From positions 1 to 64,000 of the forward strand of contig NIVC01001171.1 in assembly GCA_002269645.1 (NCBI GenBank): a stretch of 64,000 nt of DNA, given 5' to 3'. Positions within the stretch are counted from its first letter, which is position 1; every line of letters starts with the position of its first letter. The notes under the pieces were generated by a model that saw only the letters and a program-made list of their open reading frames with translations, did not search any database and had not been told where the DNA came from. Both the position numbers and the translations under genes were made by a program. Source of the stretch: Macrostomum lignano. Taxonomy: Eukaryota. Shown piece after piece: positions 61,376-64,000 of the stretch.

Positions 61376-64000
61376 CAGTATTAGAGACTGTACGAGATTA
61401 CAGTATTTACGCTTTCCGCCTCTGTAGTCTGGACAGTTACTAAGATTAAGGGAATTCATCTAATGGGAAACATATGACGGGATAGAAAGTTCACAAATTC
61501 GGCTCTGGTCATATAGCTGGGTCACCCACCTGAGCCTTAAAAATAATTTCTGTACGGACCCCCTGCCACACATCCCTTAATGAGCACGCATCGCATCATT
61601 TTTACGCTGCTTTAGTGGGGTCCTCATGATCGGGAGTTGTTTGGGCCATCTGGTGAAGCCCGGAAGTCGAAAACGGGACTCATTGGGAGTCTGCTACACC
61701 ATGCAGCCATGCAGAAGACTTTTTAAACAGTGGATCCTCTTTCTGTGAATGATGAAGAGGTGACCGGACATTTTGTCAACCAGCATTTCGTCAACCGGCA
61801 GTTCGTCAACCAGACATTACGGCAACTCAGCAAATTGTAGCTGATAATTATATAGCTCTGCACCAGCCAGAGAATGTGAGAATGGCCGCTATTAGCAACC
61901 GAGAGAGTCAAAAGCAGGGCTTCCAAGAACTCCAGAAAGCAGAGCTTCTCACCAGCAGCAAATCTGCCGGGCAAGATGCGCCTGATAATTCCTTGTACTT
62001 CTGCGGCAGAAGTATTTTTTAAAGCTAGCATTTGATGAAAAAGCAGCGGCAGAGATCTTTGCAAGTCGCTAGCTATGTCCCGTCTCATTAATGGGCCGTT
62101 CTGCTCCATCCAGTAAAGAAGCTGAATGGCAGAATTGGCATAGCAGTCTGCTCCGCTATTTCTTAGTCCACAGAGAGGCTGCGGCTCTGAACTTCTTGAT
62201 GATGTTTGTTTGGCAGCCTTTGCCCCTGAACTATGCTCTTGACGAGGCTCTGTTCTAACATTTTCCTCAGCAGGTAGAGATGTGTAAAGATTAGCGTTGA
62301 GGCTTTTAGGAAGCTGTGTATCAACGAAGCGGCGCTCAGGATATCGTTGGCGAAAGCAATCTGGGTCGTAGGCATAATGACCTAGGAGCAAAAGAACTGC
62401 CATTACATGGCAGTCACAGCCAGCTGTTCGGCTACCCACTTTGGACGAGGAGTAGTAGGCATGTAGCCTCCTTAGACCGGCATCGTGGAATCCAAAAGGG
62501 TTTCCATTCGGTAAATCGCTGAGGCGAAGAAGGACTCGATATGTTCGAGATGTGTGCCTCGAAAACACAACGGACAAAAATATCCACGACGGTTGCCAGT
62601 TGCCGAATTTCTTTTGCCAGTTCCTTGCCTGCTGTTCTTGCCGGAATTTCCAGCAGCGCATCGATTGAGGCAGCTGCGATGCAAGGTCTTCAAGCTCTAA
62701 CCACGTATCACCGTCGAAATACTCAAGCGTGTGTTGCACCTGGATGTTTTGGATATAGCTTTCAGACTGCTGTACATGAAATGGTCCCACACTTACTTCC
62801 TGAAGGTTGTCTATCTCAATTCGAGGAAAGCCTGTGGACTCTGGATCTAGCACATCGACTGGTGACCAGCGCCTCGACCCTTCGATAGGAATTCGGGTCA
62901 CGTCACACAGGTAGTTCACACCTTCAATCGGATCGAATTCGTTGCTGAGAAACATGCGCCTATTAAAATTCTGACCAAACTCAAAAAGTGAGCTGTCATT
63001 CCATGACTTTGGCAGCGTTTTATTCAATGGGAATCCAATGTGCGATCGGTTGTATTTGGCAATACAGTTGTCGATAATGACATCTAGCCGACTCGACAGA
63101 AAAGCGGAAAAGCGTAGCCAGCTTACTGGTATTTGACTCAATAACAGTCAGTTTTCCGTGAAGGGGGTGATCCTCAGCCGATACTGGATTCTTTGAGCCT
63201 TAGGTTCACATGAAATCCGGTCCGGTCACCGGATCGGAAATAAGTCCGGTCACCTCTTCATCATTCACAGAAAGAGGATCCACTGTTTAAAAAGTCTTCT
63301 GCATGGCTGCATGGTGTAGCAGACTCCCAATGAGTCCCGTTTTCGACTTCCGGGCTTCACCAGATGGCCCAAACAACTCCCGATCATGAGGACCCCACTA
63401 AAGCAGCGTAAAAATGATGCGATGCGTGCTCATTAAGGGATGTGTGGCAGGGGGTCCGTACAGAAATTATTTTTAAGGCTCAGGTGGGTGACCCAGCTAT
63501 ATGACCAGAGCCGAATTTGTGAACTTTCTATCCCGTCATATGTTTCCCATTAGATGAATTCCCCTAATCTTAGTAACTGTCCAGACTACAGAGGCGGAAA
63601 GCGTAAATACTGTAATCTCGTACAGTCTCTAATACTGGAATAACTCATACAGGCTTTAAGCTAGGGTGCTGATTTTTGACTTGCCAACGCATCTCGCGTG
63701 CGTCAAGAGAAAAATAAAGTTTCGTAGCTCTGCGTTGAGTAGAAGTGTCTGTCAGCGAATGTCAAGCTGGACCCCTAAAATACACTACGGAGATAGGAAC
63801 ACAGTTTGCAGGTGAATAACTCGTACAGGCTTTAAGCTAGGGTGCTGATTTTTGACTTGCCAACGCATCTCGCATGCGTCAAGAGAAAAATAAAGTTTCG
63901 TAGCTCTGCGTTGAGTAGAAGTGTCTGTCAGCGAATGTCAAGCTGGACCCCTAAAATACACTACGGAGATAGGAACACAGTTTGCAGGTGAATAACTCGT
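61013..64000. mobile_element. Long inverted repeat: arms of at least 757 bp (left arm ends 61769, right arm starts 63244) flanking a 1.47-kb core; Foldback-like element or inverted duplication
   Basis: The sequence from 63244 onward is the reverse complement of 61769 leftward, nearly identical in my base-by-base comparison. Confidence 0.9.
61723..63141 (-). CDS. 472-aa ORF: C-terminal region of a PIF/Harbinger-ISL2EU-type transposase with a degenerate SWIM finger, fused to the N-terminal half of a USP (C19) deubiquitinase domain
   Basis: FPRIEIDNLQEVSVGPFHVQQSESY, SRHTSRTYRV and VGSRTAGCDCHVMAVLLLLGHY resemble the SWIM-bearing transposase tail as I recall it. GLRNSGADCYANSAIQLL is a USP Cys box, and FAAGEKLCFLEFLEALL resembles the QQD box. 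Confidence 0.68.
   Translation of the reverse strand: MSQIPVSWLRFSAFLSSRLDVIIDNCIAKYNRSHIGFPLNKTLPKSWNDSSLFEFGQNFNRRMFLSNEFDPIEGVNYLCDVTRIPIEGSRRWSPVDVLDPESTGFPRIEIDNLQEVSVGPFHVQQSESYIQNIQVQHTLEYFDGDTWLELEDLASQLPQSMRCWKFRQEQQARNWQKKFGNWQPSWIFLSVVFSRHTSRTYRVLLRLSDLPNGNPFGFHDAGLRRLHAYYSSSKVGSRTAGCDCHVMAVLLLLGHYAYDPDCFRQRYPERRFVDTQLPKSLNANLYTSLPAEENVRTEPRQEHSSGAKAAKQTSSRSSEPQPLCGLRNSGADCYANSAIQLLYWMEQNGPLMRRDIASDLQRSLPLLFHQMLALKNTSAAEVQGIIRRILPGRFAAGEKLCFLEFLEALLLTLSVANSGHSHILWLVQSYIIISYNLLSCRNVWLTNCRLTKCWLTKCPVTSSSFTERGSTV

Overview
Eukaryotic (metazoan) genomic DNA with spliceosomal introns, GC-rich exons, many minisatellites and DNA-transposon debris. The style (poly-Q/poly-A exons, dense minisatellites, AG acceptors just before start codons) suggests a lophotrochozoan, possibly the flatworm Macrostomum; this is an inference only. 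Genes reconstructed by hand: the 3' part of a polycystin-1-like gene, a TRAIP-like RING E3 ligase, an intronless 111-aa secreted cationic 12-Cys prepropeptide, CFAP20 (4 exons), a catalytically dead neprilysin-like protein, a 4-exon pseudokinase and a 6-exon type I membrane protein largely missed by the ORF track. Mobile DNA includes a Ngaro/DIRS fragment, two MULE-like elements with exact 9-bp TSDs, a CpG-erased Merlin transposase, a piggyBac remnant and tRNA-derived SINEs. At the right end, near-identical inverted arms of at least 757 bp (containing a 176-bp satellite) enclose an ORF that fuses a transposase-like C-terminus with a ubiquitin-specific-protease Cys box. Top leads are that transposase-USP cassette, the cysteine-rich peptide and sharply bounded CpG-free domains at the 5' ends of housekeeping genes. 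All family calls come from motif recognition, not database searches.
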